Shown here piece by piece: positions 1 through 9,415 of a DNA stretch of 20,568 bases. Location of the stretch: positions 1 to 20,568 of the forward strand of contig RXIG01000010.1 of the NCBI GenBank assembly GCA_004212155.1. The letters are read 5' to 3'. The stretch's first letter is position 1, and every line of letters starts with the position of its first letter. The DNA is from an archaeon. Lineage in GTDB: Archaea > Methanobacteriota_B > Thermococci > Methanofastidiosales > NM3. The position numbers were made by a program, and so were the translations under genes. The notes under the pieces are model-generated. The model was not told where the DNA came from and ran no database searches. It was given only the letters and a program-made list of their open reading frames with translations.

Positions 1-444
1 GTCATCGACGTGGCCATGCCGCCAGATGTCGATACCGGCGCCATACCCATCGGCGGCATTGACTATATAGCACTTGACGATGTGCGGGACTGTTCGCGAC
101 GCATGCTGGAGCAGCGCTCACAACACATACCTCTCGCCCAGCGGATCATATCCGAGGAGCTAGGCGCCCTGAAGCGCGAGCGCCTGCTCAGGGAGCGGAT
201 GCGCCTGGCGCGCGACATATCCCTCCATGCAGAATCGATACGCAGGGACGAACTCGAGAAGCTGTTTTCCGCTCATCACGACAGCACGCCCGACTTCGAC
301 GCCTGCTCGAGGGCGATCGTCAAGAAGACGCTCCACAATCTTTTCTGCAATATACGGAACCTCGACCTTCCCATGGAAAAGCTTGCAGATATACGAAATC
401 TCATACTTACCATACCACATGACGAAGACGAAAGGAGTGATTAG
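1..444 (+). CDS. hemA: Glutamyl-tRNA reductase, C-terminal part (5' truncated by window edge)
   Basis: Frame 1 is open from base 1: VIDVAMPPDVD...YIALDD resembles the HemA 'IDLAVPRDID...LYxxDDL' segment, followed by a helical dimerisation-like region (IISEEL; AESIRRDELEK; IVKKTLH). The stop abuts the hemB ATG (TAG-ATG) and a GGAGTGA RBS precedes it. Confidence 0.8.
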   Translation, partial: VIDVAMPPDVDTGAIPIGGIDYIALDDVRDCSRRMLEQRSQHIPLAQRIISEELGALKRERLLRERMRLARDISLHAESIRRDELEKLFSAHHDSTPDFDACSRAIVKKTLHNLFCNIRNLDLPMEKLADIRNLILTIPHDEDERSD

Positions 445-1413
445 ATGTTTCCACGCACGAGACCTAGACGATTACGATACAATCAGACGGTGAGGGAGCT
501 CGTGGCCGAGACGCGGCTCTCGCGCCATGACCTTGTATATCCCATTTTCGTGAAGGACGGCCCGTCCAAACCCATCGCATCGATGCCGGGACAATTCCGT
601 CACGGCATCGGCGACCTGCCACGCCTCGCCACCGACCTCGTCGAGAGCGGGGTGAGCAGCGTACTCATATTTGGCATACCCCCCTCCTCCGCGCCTGACG
701 CATCACCGGCATTCGACCCGAACGGGGTCGTGCAGCGCGCCCTGAAGACGCTTCGCGATGCTACAGACGAGCTCCTCCTCATCACCGACGTCTGTCTATG
801 CCAGTACATCGACACAGGCCACTGCGGCCTGATCGCAAACGGCAGGGTCGACAACGACGCGACACTCCCCGTGCTGGCAAAGGTCGCGTTGAGCCATGTC
901 GAGGCGGGATCCGACATAGTGGCCCCATCAGATATGATGGATGGCAGGGTCAAGGCCATTCGGGATGCGCTTGACGGGGCCGGCCATGAACACATACCGA
1001 TTATCAGCTACGCTGCAAAATACGCATCAGCATACTATGGGCCGTTCAGGGACGCGTGCGACTCCGCTCCGAAAGAGGGCGACAGGAAGTCGTACCAGAT
1101 GGACCCCCGCAACGCCAGGGAGGCGATACGGGAGGTGCTCGGCGACATCGAGGAGGGGGCCGACATCGTGATGGTCAAGCCCGCGCTGAGCTACCTTGAC
1201 GTCATATCCCGCGTACGTGACGCCGTCAACGTGCCGGTAATGGCCTACAACGTATCGGGCGAGTATGCGATGATCAAGGCTGCGTCAGCCCAGGGATGCT
1301 TCGACGAGAAGGCCGTCGTCCGGGAGACGCTTGAGAGCATCAAGCGTGCCGGTGCGGACGTCATAGCGACGTACTTCGCACGGGATATCGCAGGTGAGCT
1401 TGATGAGAAATGA
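445..1413 (+). CDS. hemB: Porphobilinogen synthase (delta-aminolevulinic acid dehydratase), Zn-type
   Basis: RPRRLR N-terminus, Zn-binding DVCLCQY...GHC, APSDMMDGR, YAAKYASAYYGPFRDA, SYQMDP, MVKPAL, AYNVSGEY. Confidence 0.98.
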   Translation: MFPRTRPRRLRYNQTVRELVAETRLSRHDLVYPIFVKDGPSKPIASMPGQFRHGIGDLPRLATDLVESGVSSVLIFGIPPSSAPDASPAFDPNGVVQRALKTLRDATDELLLITDVCLCQYIDTGHCGLIANGRVDNDATLPVLAKVALSHVEAGSDIVAPSDMMDGRVKAIRDALDGAGHEHIPIISYAAKYASAYYGPFRDACDSAPKEGDRKSYQMDPRNAREAIREVLGDIEEGADIVMVKPALSYLDVISRVRDAVNVPVMAYNVSGEYAMIKAASAQGCFDEKAVVRETLESIKRAGADVIATYFARDIAGELDEK

Positions 1414-2641
1414 GGACATGTTCAGGGAAGCGGGCAGATGGCTCGTTGGCGGTGTGAACTCACCTGTGCGCGCATCGATCAAGCCGTATCCATTCTTTAC
1501 CGAAAGCGCCAAGGGCGCCTACTTGCTGGATATCGAGGGTTCAAGGTACTGTGACTACTGTCTCGCCTACGGGCCGCTGATACTGGGTCATGCGGACCCC
1601 GCCGTTGTCGAAAGCGTCTCAACTCAACTCGGGAAGGGCACCACCTACGGCACGCCGACGCCCCTTGAGGTCGACTATGCCAAGAGGGTGTGCGAACTGG
1701 CGCCGAACATCGAGATGATCCGTGCTGTAAACAGCGGCACCGAGGCCACGATGGCCGCCTTGCGACTTGCCCGCGCCGTCACCGGCAGACAGGCAATAGC
1801 CACCGTTGACGGTGGCTACCATGGCGCACACGACTGCGTGCTCGCAAGGCGAGAGGGGGCAAGCACCGTCGCATCGTCCCCGGGCATCATCGAGGGACAG
1901 ATCAGCGCCACAAGGATCGTCGATTACAACGACATCGAGTCGCTCGAAGCGGCGTTGCGCGACAGGCAGGTCGCCGCTTTCATCATCGAGCCCGTGATGG
2001 GAAATGTTGGGTGCATCCCGCCTGACAACGGATACCTCGACGAGGTGAGGAAGGTATGCTCCGAGCACGACACGTTGCTGATATTCGATGAGACGATCAC
2101 CGGCTTCAGGCTCGCACCAGGCGGGGCGCAGGAGTACTATGGCGTTGACGCCGACATCGTCACGTACGGAAAGATCGCGGGAGGGGGGCTGCCCATCGGC
2201 ATCGTAGGATCGTCGCGCGAGACGATGGAGCGCCTCAAGCCCGTGGGCGATGTCTACAACGCCGGCACCTTCAGCGGCAACCCCCTTTCGATGGCCGCCG
2301 GCCTTGCCGCGCTCGACCTGATCGCCTCCGGGGGCGTGCTACCATTGGTGCACTCAAGCCACGAACGGCTCACGAGGGGCCTTGATGACGTGCTTCCCGA
2401 AGGCGCCGTGCTCAATCACGCCCCCGGCATGTTCCAGGTCTACTTCGGCCGAGATGAGGTTCGATGCGCACGCGATGCGCGCGCGGCCGACCAACCACGA
2501 TTCATGCAGTTCTGGAAAAAGTTGTTTTCCAAAGGCTTTTTCCTCCCCCCTTCACAGTTTGAGAGCAACTTCATCTCCAGGTGCCACGATGAACGCATCA
2601 TCGATGCCACGCTGGAAGCGATGGAGAGTGCGCTCAGATGA
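1403..2641 (+). CDS. hemL: Glutamate-1-semialdehyde 2,1-aminomutase
   Basis: GGVNSPVRA, YGPLILGHA, NSGTEATM, YHGAHD, EPVMGNVG, LIFDETITGFR, PLP lysine in TYGKIAGGGLP, GTFSGNPLSMAAG. Start placed at ATG 1403 behind AGGTGA rather than GTG 1394. Confidence 0.97.
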   Translation: MRNEDMFREAGRWLVGGVNSPVRASIKPYPFFTESAKGAYLLDIEGSRYCDYCLAYGPLILGHADPAVVESVSTQLGKGTTYGTPTPLEVDYAKRVCELAPNIEMIRAVNSGTEATMAALRLARAVTGRQAIATVDGGYHGAHDCVLARREGASTVASSPGIIEGQISATRIVDYNDIESLEAALRDRQVAAFIIEPVMGNVGCIPPDNGYLDEVRKVCSEHDTLLIFDETITGFRLAPGGAQEYYGVDADIVTYGKIAGGGLPIGIVGSSRETMERLKPVGDVYNAGTFSGNPLSMAAGLAALDLIASGGVLPLVHSSHERLTRGLDDVLPEGAVLNHAPGMFQVYFGRDEVRCARDARAADQPRFMQFWKKLFSKGFFLPPSQFESNFISRCHDERIIDATLEAMESALR

Positions 2642-3525
2642 TATGCGGCACGAGAGGGAGCCCGCTGGCGCTGGCCCAGACCAACATCGTCGTCGGCATG
2701 CTCGATGCCGCTGCGGAGGTGCGAGTGATCAAGACATCAGGCGACCTCTATAGGGGGCAGTTCGGAACGGACGGCGCCACCAGGGGCCTTTTCACCAAAG
2801 AGATCGACATTGCGCTCGAAGACTGCGAGATCGACATTGCCGTGCATTCGTTGAAGGACGTTCGCCTCGATTTTCCGTTTCACATGGCGATACCGCAGCG
2901 AGGTCCCGCAGCCGACGTCATGGTAACGAGACACCCGTCGTTCCATGCGATCCCCGAAGGGGGAAGGATAGGCACGGGAAGCCCCCGGAGGGTCACCGAA
3001 CTGAGGCACATGCGCCCCGACCTTGAACCAGTGCCCATACGCGGCAACATCGGCACGAGGCTTGAGAAGGTCGAGGAACTCGACGGCGTGGTCATGGCAG
3101 AGGCTGGACTGCAGAGGCTTGCTCTGTGGGGACATAATGGATATACCTTCGTGCGATTCCCCCGGGAGCTCTTCATACCAGCCGCATGCCAGGGGACGCT
3201 AGCTGTGGCGTGCAGGAAGGACGATGCGGAAGCCAGGAAGGTGGTCGACACGTTACGCGACGAGGCCTCCACGGCATGTGCCATGGCAGAGCGGGAGGTG
3301 ATGCATGCCATCGGCGGCAACTGCCACATCCCCGCGGGCGCCTGGGCGTCGGTGGTGGGCGGTGACAGGATGCGCATCTTTGCCGTCATCAACGACCCAA
3401 GGAACAACAGATCATATCGGGATCTCGCCGTGGGGCCACTCGCGTCTGGCCGCGCGGTGGCACGCACGCTGGCAGCATCCCTGCTGTCCAAGGGCGCAGA
3501 CGACGTCGTGGGGCGGTTTTCATGA
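2638..3525 (+). CDS. hemC: Hydroxymethylbilane synthase (porphobilinogen deaminase)
   Basis: GTRGSPLALAQ, IKTSGD, GLFTKEID, AVHSLKD, IGTGSPRR, IRGNIGTRL, cofactor-binding Cys in GGNCHIP. ATGA overlap with hemL. Confidence 0.97.
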   Translation: MICGTRGSPLALAQTNIVVGMLDAAAEVRVIKTSGDLYRGQFGTDGATRGLFTKEIDIALEDCEIDIAVHSLKDVRLDFPFHMAIPQRGPAADVMVTRHPSFHAIPEGGRIGTGSPRRVTELRHMRPDLEPVPIRGNIGTRLEKVEELDGVVMAEAGLQRLALWGHNGYTFVRFPRELFIPAACQGTLAVACRKDDAEARKVVDTLRDEASTACAMAEREVMHAIGGNCHIPAGAWASVVGGDRMRIFAVINDPRNNRSYRDLAVGPLASGRAVARTLAASLLSKGADDVVGRFS

Positions 3526-4940
3526 CGGTCTTTCTGGTAGGCGCGGGCCCCGGGGATCCGAGGCTCATCACGGTGCGCGGACTCGAGCTCATAAAACGGG
3601 CCGACGTCATCCTCTACGACCGGCTTGCCAATCCGCAGCTTCTCGAACATGCGAAGGGCAGCTGCATCAAGGTCTTTGTCGGCAAGGAACCGCATTGCCA
3701 TGCATGCTCACAGCACGATATCAACACCCTCCTCTCTAAGTACGGTAGGGAGCACCGGTGCGTGGTGCGGCTCAAGGGCGGAGACCCTTTTGTGTTCGGT
3801 CGGGGCGGCGAGGAGATGGATGCGCTCATCGAGCACGGCATCCCGTTCGAGATCGTTCCAGGGATCTCATCGGCCCTGGCGGCGCCCGCTTACGAGGGCA
3901 TACCGCTTACCCGCAGGGGGCACAACGCGTCGGTCACGTTCATCACCGGCCACCGTTGGGACTCGTCGCGCATCAAGGACACCTGTCCCTCGCTTTCCGG
4001 CACGCTGGTGATATTGATGGGGGCGCGGTCGTTCCCGTCCATCGCCCGCGACCTCATGGAGCTCGGATACGCCCCCGACTCGTTCGTCTCGGCCATACAC
4101 AACGCCACGACGTATTCGCAAACCGCGTTTAACGGAACGCTCGAGGAGATGGCCTCCCGAAAGATACCCTCCCCCTCCATCATCATTGTCGACGGTGCTG
4201 GGGCGGCATGTGGACGGGAGCGGTGGTTTAGAAATAAGCTTTTTGGCATCAAGGGAAAGCGCGTAGCCGTCATGCGCACCCCGGAACAGTTCGAGGAGAC
4301 AAGGGCGCTGCTTGAGGAGGTGGGTGCAGAAGCGCTAAATGGTGGGACGTACCGTATTTCTCCCCTAGAGTGGGACCGCCAGGCGTTGGAACGCGCAACG
4401 CATGTGGTGGTCACGAGCGCCAATACCGTTTCACTGGTCAAGGAGGAGATCATCGCCAACAGTGACAAGACCTATGTTGCCATAGGTCCCGCAACGAGGC
4501 GCGCTTTGGAGGCGATAGGGATAATTGCGGAGATGCCCGATGAATACACCTCAGAGGGCCTCGGCATGCTTCTCAAAAGCATCACCACACATGGCGACGC
4601 CATCGTGGGGCTGCGTTCATCAATGGCTTCGGACATACTCTCTTCGATGCTTTCTTATCTGCACTATACCGAAATACCTGTCTACGACGTGGGGATAGGG
4701 GAGATCAACGAACAAGGTATCCGCGATGCGGATGTCATCTTCTTCACGAGTTCGGCAATGGCCAATGCGATATCGCACCTTGTGCAGGACGGGCACATCT
4801 GCATATCCATCGGTCCGCAGACGAGCTCAGCGCTAAGGTCGCGCGGCGTCAAGGTCGACATGGAGTCGTCATCAAGCACCATTCCTTCGATGATCTCTGC
4901 AGCGATGGACGTGATATATTCCCGAACTGGTGGCGGCTAA
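3522..4940 (+). CDS. cobA: Fused uroporphyrinogen-III C-methyltransferase / uroporphyrinogen-III synthase (CobA-HemD)
   Basis: N-half: VFLVGAGPGDPRLITVRG, VRLKGGDPFVFGRGGEE, VPGISSA. C-half is HemD-like: GKRVAVMR, VVTSAN, AIGPAT, FFTSS, SIGPQT. ATGA overlap with hemC. Confidence 0.95.
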   Translation: MTVFLVGAGPGDPRLITVRGLELIKRADVILYDRLANPQLLEHAKGSCIKVFVGKEPHCHACSQHDINTLLSKYGREHRCVVRLKGGDPFVFGRGGEEMDALIEHGIPFEIVPGISSALAAPAYEGIPLTRRGHNASVTFITGHRWDSSRIKDTCPSLSGTLVILMGARSFPSIARDLMELGYAPDSFVSAIHNATTYSQTAFNGTLEEMASRKIPSPSIIIVDGAGAACGRERWFRNKLFGIKGKRVAVMRTPEQFEETRALLEEVGAEALNGGTYRISPLEWDRQALERATHVVVTSANTVSLVKEEIIANSDKTYVAIGPATRRALEAIGIIAEMPDEYTSEGLGMLLKSITTHGDAIVGLRSSMASDILSSMLSYLHYTEIPVYDVGIGEINEQGIRDADVIFFTSSAMANAISHLVQDGHICISIGPQTSSALRSRGVKVDMESSSSTIPSMISAAMDVIYSRTGGG

Positions 4941-5001
4941 AATAACATGCATTTGCGTGAACAGGCCGGAATAAGGTCTTGTCACCGCAGCAAGGCATGG
5001 C

Positions 5002-5633
5002 TCACGCCTTCATGCCCCTTATCACGAGAAACAATCCCTTGCCATGACCTTCCTCGAACGGTTCGACCGCACAGACCTTTTTTGGATTGCAAAAGATGTC
5101 TGGACACAGGAGAGGTCTGTAAATTCCGCCTGTTCATAGAACGCTATGACGTCCTGTGCCGAGTAGAAAGTGGCCTTTTTGTAAAAAAGGCTTTCTACCT
5201 TGCGTGCCATATATTTTGCGCCAAGGGGCGAGCCCCTGTCGACGAAAGCAACGATGAAGGCACCGCCTGGCCGCAGCACCCTGTATGCCTCGTCGAAAGA
5301 TGCGGCAGCGTCGTCGAGGAAGCATAGTGTCGTGACCATGAGGGCAACGTCGAATCGTTCGTCTTCGAAGGGGAGGGACTCTGCAACGCCATCGATCACC
5401 TCTATTCCCTTTGTGCGTGCAATGGCCCTCATCTCCTTCGACGGTTCCACGCCCACGCGTATGCCCAACGGCACTGCAAAACGGCCGCTTCCAACACCAA
5501 TTTCCACACCTTCACTTCCTGCTGGCAGCAATGTGCGCATCGCACGAAGCTTCGAAGCGTAGACGTATTCATTTTCATCAAACCACGCTTCATATCGTTC
5601 TGCATGGGTGTCAAATGGCGAGTATTCCTTCAT
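5002..5633 (-). pseudogene. Class I SAM-dependent methyltransferase with a frameshift near the C-terminus (or a sequencing error)
   Basis: Motif I VEIGVGSGRFA, GVEPS, GVAESLPF, motif RVLRPGG. After ...SCVQT (~5097) the family-like C-terminus IFCNPKKVCAVEPFEEGHGKGLFLVIRGMKA* continues in another frame to a TGA ending at 5002, whereas the called ORF ends at 5022 with an atypical tail. Confidence 0.75.
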
Positions 5634-5756
5634 CCTGCCGGCCTATCATTGAGGGGGATATGCTTCGCATATATGGTTTTCCATACGTTTGGTAGCGCAC
5701 GTCATCACGTCCAACAGCTTTGGAGATCAATTGCAATCCAAGAGGGATCGAAGGCG

Positions 5757-8087
5757 CTACGCCCGCGCCTTCTTGAGCCCCCTGTCCGAGTACCACGCCA
5801 GTATCGGCGGCAGCACGACGATCGCCGCTATGAACGAGAAGACGAGCACGACGCCGGTAAGCACGCCAAAACGCATCAGTATGGGCATGCTCGAAAAGCC
5901 GATGATGAAGAAGGCGCCGGCCGTTGCGACCGTTGCTGTCGTCAGGGCCTTCCCCACGTTGAGCACAACGGCATGTATGGCATCCTCTGTGCTCCTGCCC
6001 AATGCCGTTTCCTCTTTGAAGCGCTGTATGATATGGACCGCGAAGTCAATGCCCAGTCCGACGATGAGCGCCGATATCATGATGGTGAAGAGATCAAACG
6101 ACCATCCTATCGTGTAGAGCAGCAAAAACTCCCATGCAATGGTAAGTATCACAGGCAGCACCGACAATGCGCCAAAGACCGCTGAACGGTGTATGATTGA
6201 CACCACGAGGAAGCAGAGCAGGAGCGCCAGTATCGTCGTTCGCACCTGGGTCTCGGTCATCCCCCCCATAAGGTCCGACATGATGATGGGCCCGCCCGCG
6301 GGGCGGTAGGTGGCATGCGAGTAATCGCCCGACGATGCTATCGCATACATCTCGTCTGACAGAGCGCTCATGTCGTTCTCGCTCTCAGCATTGATGGTTA
6401 CCGAGATGACGCCAAGTTGCATGTAGTGTTCCGACCCCGGATCGATGACGAGGTGTTGCGCAAGATTCTGCATGCCCTGCTGGTCCGACATGAGCGATTG
6501 CGTGATCGCGTCGATGCGTTGTCGCGAGGTGGGCAGCTGTCCCTCGTTTGCCTGAATGTAGACGTCGACATACGACCGCACGTCGTATTGCGACCCTACG
6601 ATGAGCTCTCCCTTGTCATTTTTCAGTGTGAGCGAACGCAGCGCCTGTTCCATCCGCGCTACTTCTGCCATGACATCTGGCGAGAGCGCATCGCCCTGTA
6701 CCAGCATATAGGTGCGATTCGTGATAGAGCTTTCAAAGTACTGTTCCATCTCCCGCGACACCTGCATCGACTCGATGTCCTCCGGCAGCATGTCGTTCCA
6801 GTTGAGCGTCGTGTCGACCATGGGGGCAACACCGATCGATGCTATCGTCACGATGGCAACGATCCCAAGGACAGGGCGTTTGTGATGGAGCGCTGCGATG
6901 ACGATGCTGTCAAGCGCCTTGGATACGCCCCGTGCAAGCGCTCGTTTGCTGGCTCCGTCGACGGATGGTCCCATGCGTCTGTCCCGCAGCACCGTCAAGG
7001 CAGGAAGGAGCGTCACGACCAGCACGAACGAAAAGAGGATGCCAAGCACGGTCAGGTATCCGAACTCCCTCATGGGGGGCAGCTCCGATATGAAGAATGA
7101 AGAGAATCCAAACATGGTGGTCACGGCAGATATGAAGACGGCGGTGCCGGTGTTTCGCACACACGTGTTGATGGCGGTAAGGGTGTCTTTTCCCTTACGG
7201 GCCTCTTCGCGGTACCTGAAGAGGATGTGGATGGCATATACCACAGAGATGCCTAGCATGAGCGGCACGAGCGCCACGAACATGGCTGTGAACGGAATCC
7301 CTGCATATCCCATGATGCCCAGTATCCACGAGAGTGCGAACGCTATCGTCACATACGGGAGCAATGTATCGCTTAGTTTCCTGAACACGATGAAGAGCAC
7401 GACGAGAATGAACACCGTGGCAAGGGGCATGAGCACCGCATTGTCCCCGCTCATCGCATCGAGGTTGTCGATCATCTGCGTGTAGGTGCCAGTGATTCCT
7501 GCCTCTAGGCCGTTGTCGGCTGCTGAAAAGTCGTCTACGATGCTTCTCAATACCTCGACCTTCTCTCTTGCGACGTCCTGGTCCACATCGCCGTCGACCT
7601 GCACGAGCACGATGGTGGCATCAAGGTCGTTTGACACAATGGTTCCGACAAGCCTTGGCTCGCCCGATGCCATGTCCTGTTCGAGCACGTGCGCTATTGT
7701 CTGCGGTGTTGTTTCGTCAAAGGGCGGCGATATCGTGTCAGAAGCCATGAGCATGTCAAGGTAGCTCGTCGATGAAAGGACGAATCCCTCAAGCCGTGGG
7801 TCTGAACGTATCTCTGTCATCAACGACTGCAGCGCGTTGATGCCCTGCAGCGAAGTGAAGTCCCCCTTTAGCAGTATCGTCTCGTAGGCGTCGCCGCCAA
7901 ACTCCTCGGAGAAGAGGTTCGTTGCCTCTATGGCCTCGTTGTCCTCTGGCAAAAAAGACTCCATGTCCGCCTTCATGGATATGTTGAGTATGCCCGAACC
8001 GAGGATTACGGTGACGAGGAGAATGACAGCGATCACGTGATAGGGTTTTTGCTCGCTAAATCGTGATATGGTCTCAAGTGGATTCAT
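5757..8087 (-). CDS. MMPL/RND superfamily transporter (HAE3-like)
   Basis: 776 aa with two repeats, each a TM helix + large extracytoplasmic loop + ~5 TM helices. Motifs TGTAVFISAVTTMFGF, GLGIDFAVH, VGKALTTATVAT, LLPAL/VLPPIL. Confidence 0.93.
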   Translation of the reverse strand: MNPLETISRFSEQKPYHVIAVILLVTVILGSGILNISMKADMESFLPEDNEAIEATNLFSEEFGGDAYETILLKGDFTSLQGINALQSLMTEIRSDPRLEGFVLSSTSYLDMLMASDTISPPFDETTPQTIAHVLEQDMASGEPRLVGTIVSNDLDATIVLVQVDGDVDQDVAREKVEVLRSIVDDFSAADNGLEAGITGTYTQMIDNLDAMSGDNAVLMPLATVFILVVLFIVFRKLSDTLLPYVTIAFALSWILGIMGYAGIPFTAMFVALVPLMLGISVVYAIHILFRYREEARKGKDTLTAINTCVRNTGTAVFISAVTTMFGFSSFFISELPPMREFGYLTVLGILFSFVLVVTLLPALTVLRDRRMGPSVDGASKRALARGVSKALDSIVIAALHHKRPVLGIVAIVTIASIGVAPMVDTTLNWNDMLPEDIESMQVSREMEQYFESSITNRTYMLVQGDALSPDVMAEVARMEQALRSLTLKNDKGELIVGSQYDVRSYVDVYIQANEGQLPTSRQRIDAITQSLMSDQQGMQNLAQHLVIDPGSEHYMQLGVISVTINAESENDMSALSDEMYAIASSGDYSHATYRPAGGPIIMSDLMGGMTETQVRTTILALLLCFLVVSIIHRSAVFGALSVLPVILTIAWEFLLLYTIGWSFDLFTIMISALIVGLGIDFAVHIIQRFKEETALGRSTEDAIHAVVLNVGKALTTATVATAGAFFIIGFSSMPILMRFGVLTGVVLVFSFIAAIVVLPPILAWYSDRGLKKARA

Positions 8088-8415
8088 GGTCAGTGCCTCC
8101 TATGGGCGCATCCAGTACGAACTCCAGCAGGTCCTGAAACTTGAGGAGGTAGTGTCGGGTCTTCACACGCTCCCTCTCAAGCTCCTCATCTCCCTTCGCG
8201 GTGATGGTGTAAATGGTCTTGTTCCTGCTCCCCTGCGAGCCTTCGATGAGACCCTTGCGTTCGAGTTCCTTGAGTCGGAGATAGATGACGGCGTTGGAGA
8301 GCGCCTTGTGCTCGGTTATCTCCTCGAGTTCCTTTTTGATGTCGTAGCCGCATTTCGGGCCTTTGTGAAAGACCCATAACAAGTATAACTTCAGGAGCCT
8401 GTGTGGTCGTATCAT
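8074..8415 (-). CDS. PadR-family winged-helix transcriptional regulator
   Basis: LLKLYLLW..GPKCGYDIKKELE..IYLRLKELERKGLI..KTIYTITAKG. ATG at 8415 is preceded by a GGGGGA RBS. The stop overlaps the start of the RND gene. Confidence 0.9.
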   Translation of the reverse strand: MIRPHRLLKLYLLWVFHKGPKCGYDIKKELEEITEHKALSNAVIYLRLKELERKGLIEGSQGSRNKTIYTITAKGDEELERERVKTRHYLLKFQDLLEFVLDAPIGGTDHEST

Positions 8416-8438
8416 GCTGTTCCCCCATAGTTTATTAT

Positions 8439-8472
8439 ATGACATGTCTTAAAATGACATGTCATTTATAAT
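8439..8472 (-). promoter_or_regulatory. Candidate PadR operator overlapping a TATA-type promoter
   Basis: Perfect 16-bp palindrome AAATGACATGTCATTT (8452-8467). A second copy of ATGACATGTC lies at 8439-8448. Minus-strand TTATAAAT with an A-rich upstream element lies at ~8464-8480. Confidence 0.65.
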
Positions 8473-8617
8473 ACTTTTTATGTGGCGCCATTTCCCACAA
8501 CCATGCATGGGCAATGAAAATCATATATGCACCTATCATAGCTTATGAAAAAATGAATGGCCCTGATAGTGTAGTTTCATACATCGTTTGGTAAGGCGTC
8601 TGAAACACCAGGGATAC

Positions 8618-8630
8618 TCTTAAAAATATT
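8618..8630 (+). promoter_or_regulatory. Putative TATA box of the deoxynucleotide operon
   Basis: TTTAAAAATATT about 25-30 nt upstream of ATG 8650, with no clear RBS, consistent with a short-leader archaeal transcript. Confidence 0.4.
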
Positions 8631-8649
8631 GAGATGAAGATAAGCAACC

Positions 8650-8901
8650 ATGAACGTGACGTTTTTCAAATCGAAGGATTGCCCCCAGTGTCCGCGCGCT
8701 CAACAGGTCCTTGAAGAGACCATCGAGGAGCTTGGGGCTGACATTTCCGTACGCTATGTGGACATCTCCACCCAGGACGGGAGGATCGAGGCACTCAACA
8801 GCATGGTCATGAACACGCCCTCGCTCGTTGTCGAGGAAGAGGTCTACGGCAAGGACTACCTGCTTGACAAATCGCGCCTCAAAGAGATCCTTGCGGTGTG
8901 A
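8650..8901 (+). CDS. Small thioredoxin/glutaredoxin-like (NrdH-like) redoxin
   Basis: 83 aa, CPQC active site near the N-terminus, cis-Pro motif VMNTPSLVV. Confidence 0.9.
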   Translation: MNVTFFKSKDCPQCPRAQQVLEETIEELGADISVRYVDISTQDGRIEALNSMVMNTPSLVVEEEVYGKDYLLDKSRLKEILAV

Positions 8902-8904
8902 ACC

Positions 8905-9414
8905 ATGGGCGCATTCTCGAAACGCAAGCTGCAAGAATACGTGAACGAGCGTGGTCTGCTCGAGGGATACATCGACCTCGATACACAAATCACGCCCAAC
9001 GGCATCGACCTCACGCTCGCCTCCGTGGAGCGCTTCACCGCGCCGGGCGCCATCGATTTCAGTAATAAACAGCGCGTTATCTCCGGCGGGGAGGACATGC
9101 CATTTGGCACGGACGGATGGGTCTTCCTGCCGCGCGGATGCTACAGGATTGTCTACAACGAGGTCGTCACAATACCTTCCGATGCAATCGCTATCGCGCG
9201 CACGCGGTCCTCGCTCCTGCGATGCGGCGCAACGATAGAAACAGGCGTCTGGGATGCAGGCTACCGTGGACGTTCTTCCTCGATGCTCAGCGTTGAGAAC
9301 GAACACGGCATCAGTCTCCAAAAGGATGCGCGCGTGCTGCAGCTCATATTCTTCGACCTCGATACGGAGACGGAACACTACGCGGGCGCCTATCAGAACG
9401 AGAATGTTGATTGA
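8905..9414 (+). CDS. dut: Archaeal-type dUTPase (dCTP deaminase/dUTPase superfamily)
   Basis: QITPNGIDLT, ARTRSSLLRCG, TGVWDAGYRG, ARVLQLIF, C-terminal YAGAYQ. Confidence 0.85.
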   Translation: MGAFSKRKLQEYVNERGLLEGYIDLDTQITPNGIDLTLASVERFTAPGAIDFSNKQRVISGGEDMPFGTDGWVFLPRGCYRIVYNEVVTIPSDAIAIARTRSSLLRCGATIETGVWDAGYRGRSSSMLSVENEHGISLQKDARVLQLIFFDLDTETEHYAGAYQNENVD

Positions 9415-9415
9415 T

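Noticed and set aside
2880-4468. Several long antisense ORFs over hemC/cobA
   Set aside because: Expected shadows in GC-rich coding DNA, with no motifs.
8536-8548. TCATA-N3-TATGA inverted repeat upstream of the nucleotide operon, possible NrdR box
   Set aside because: Too short, AT-rich, and does not fit the NrdR consensus.
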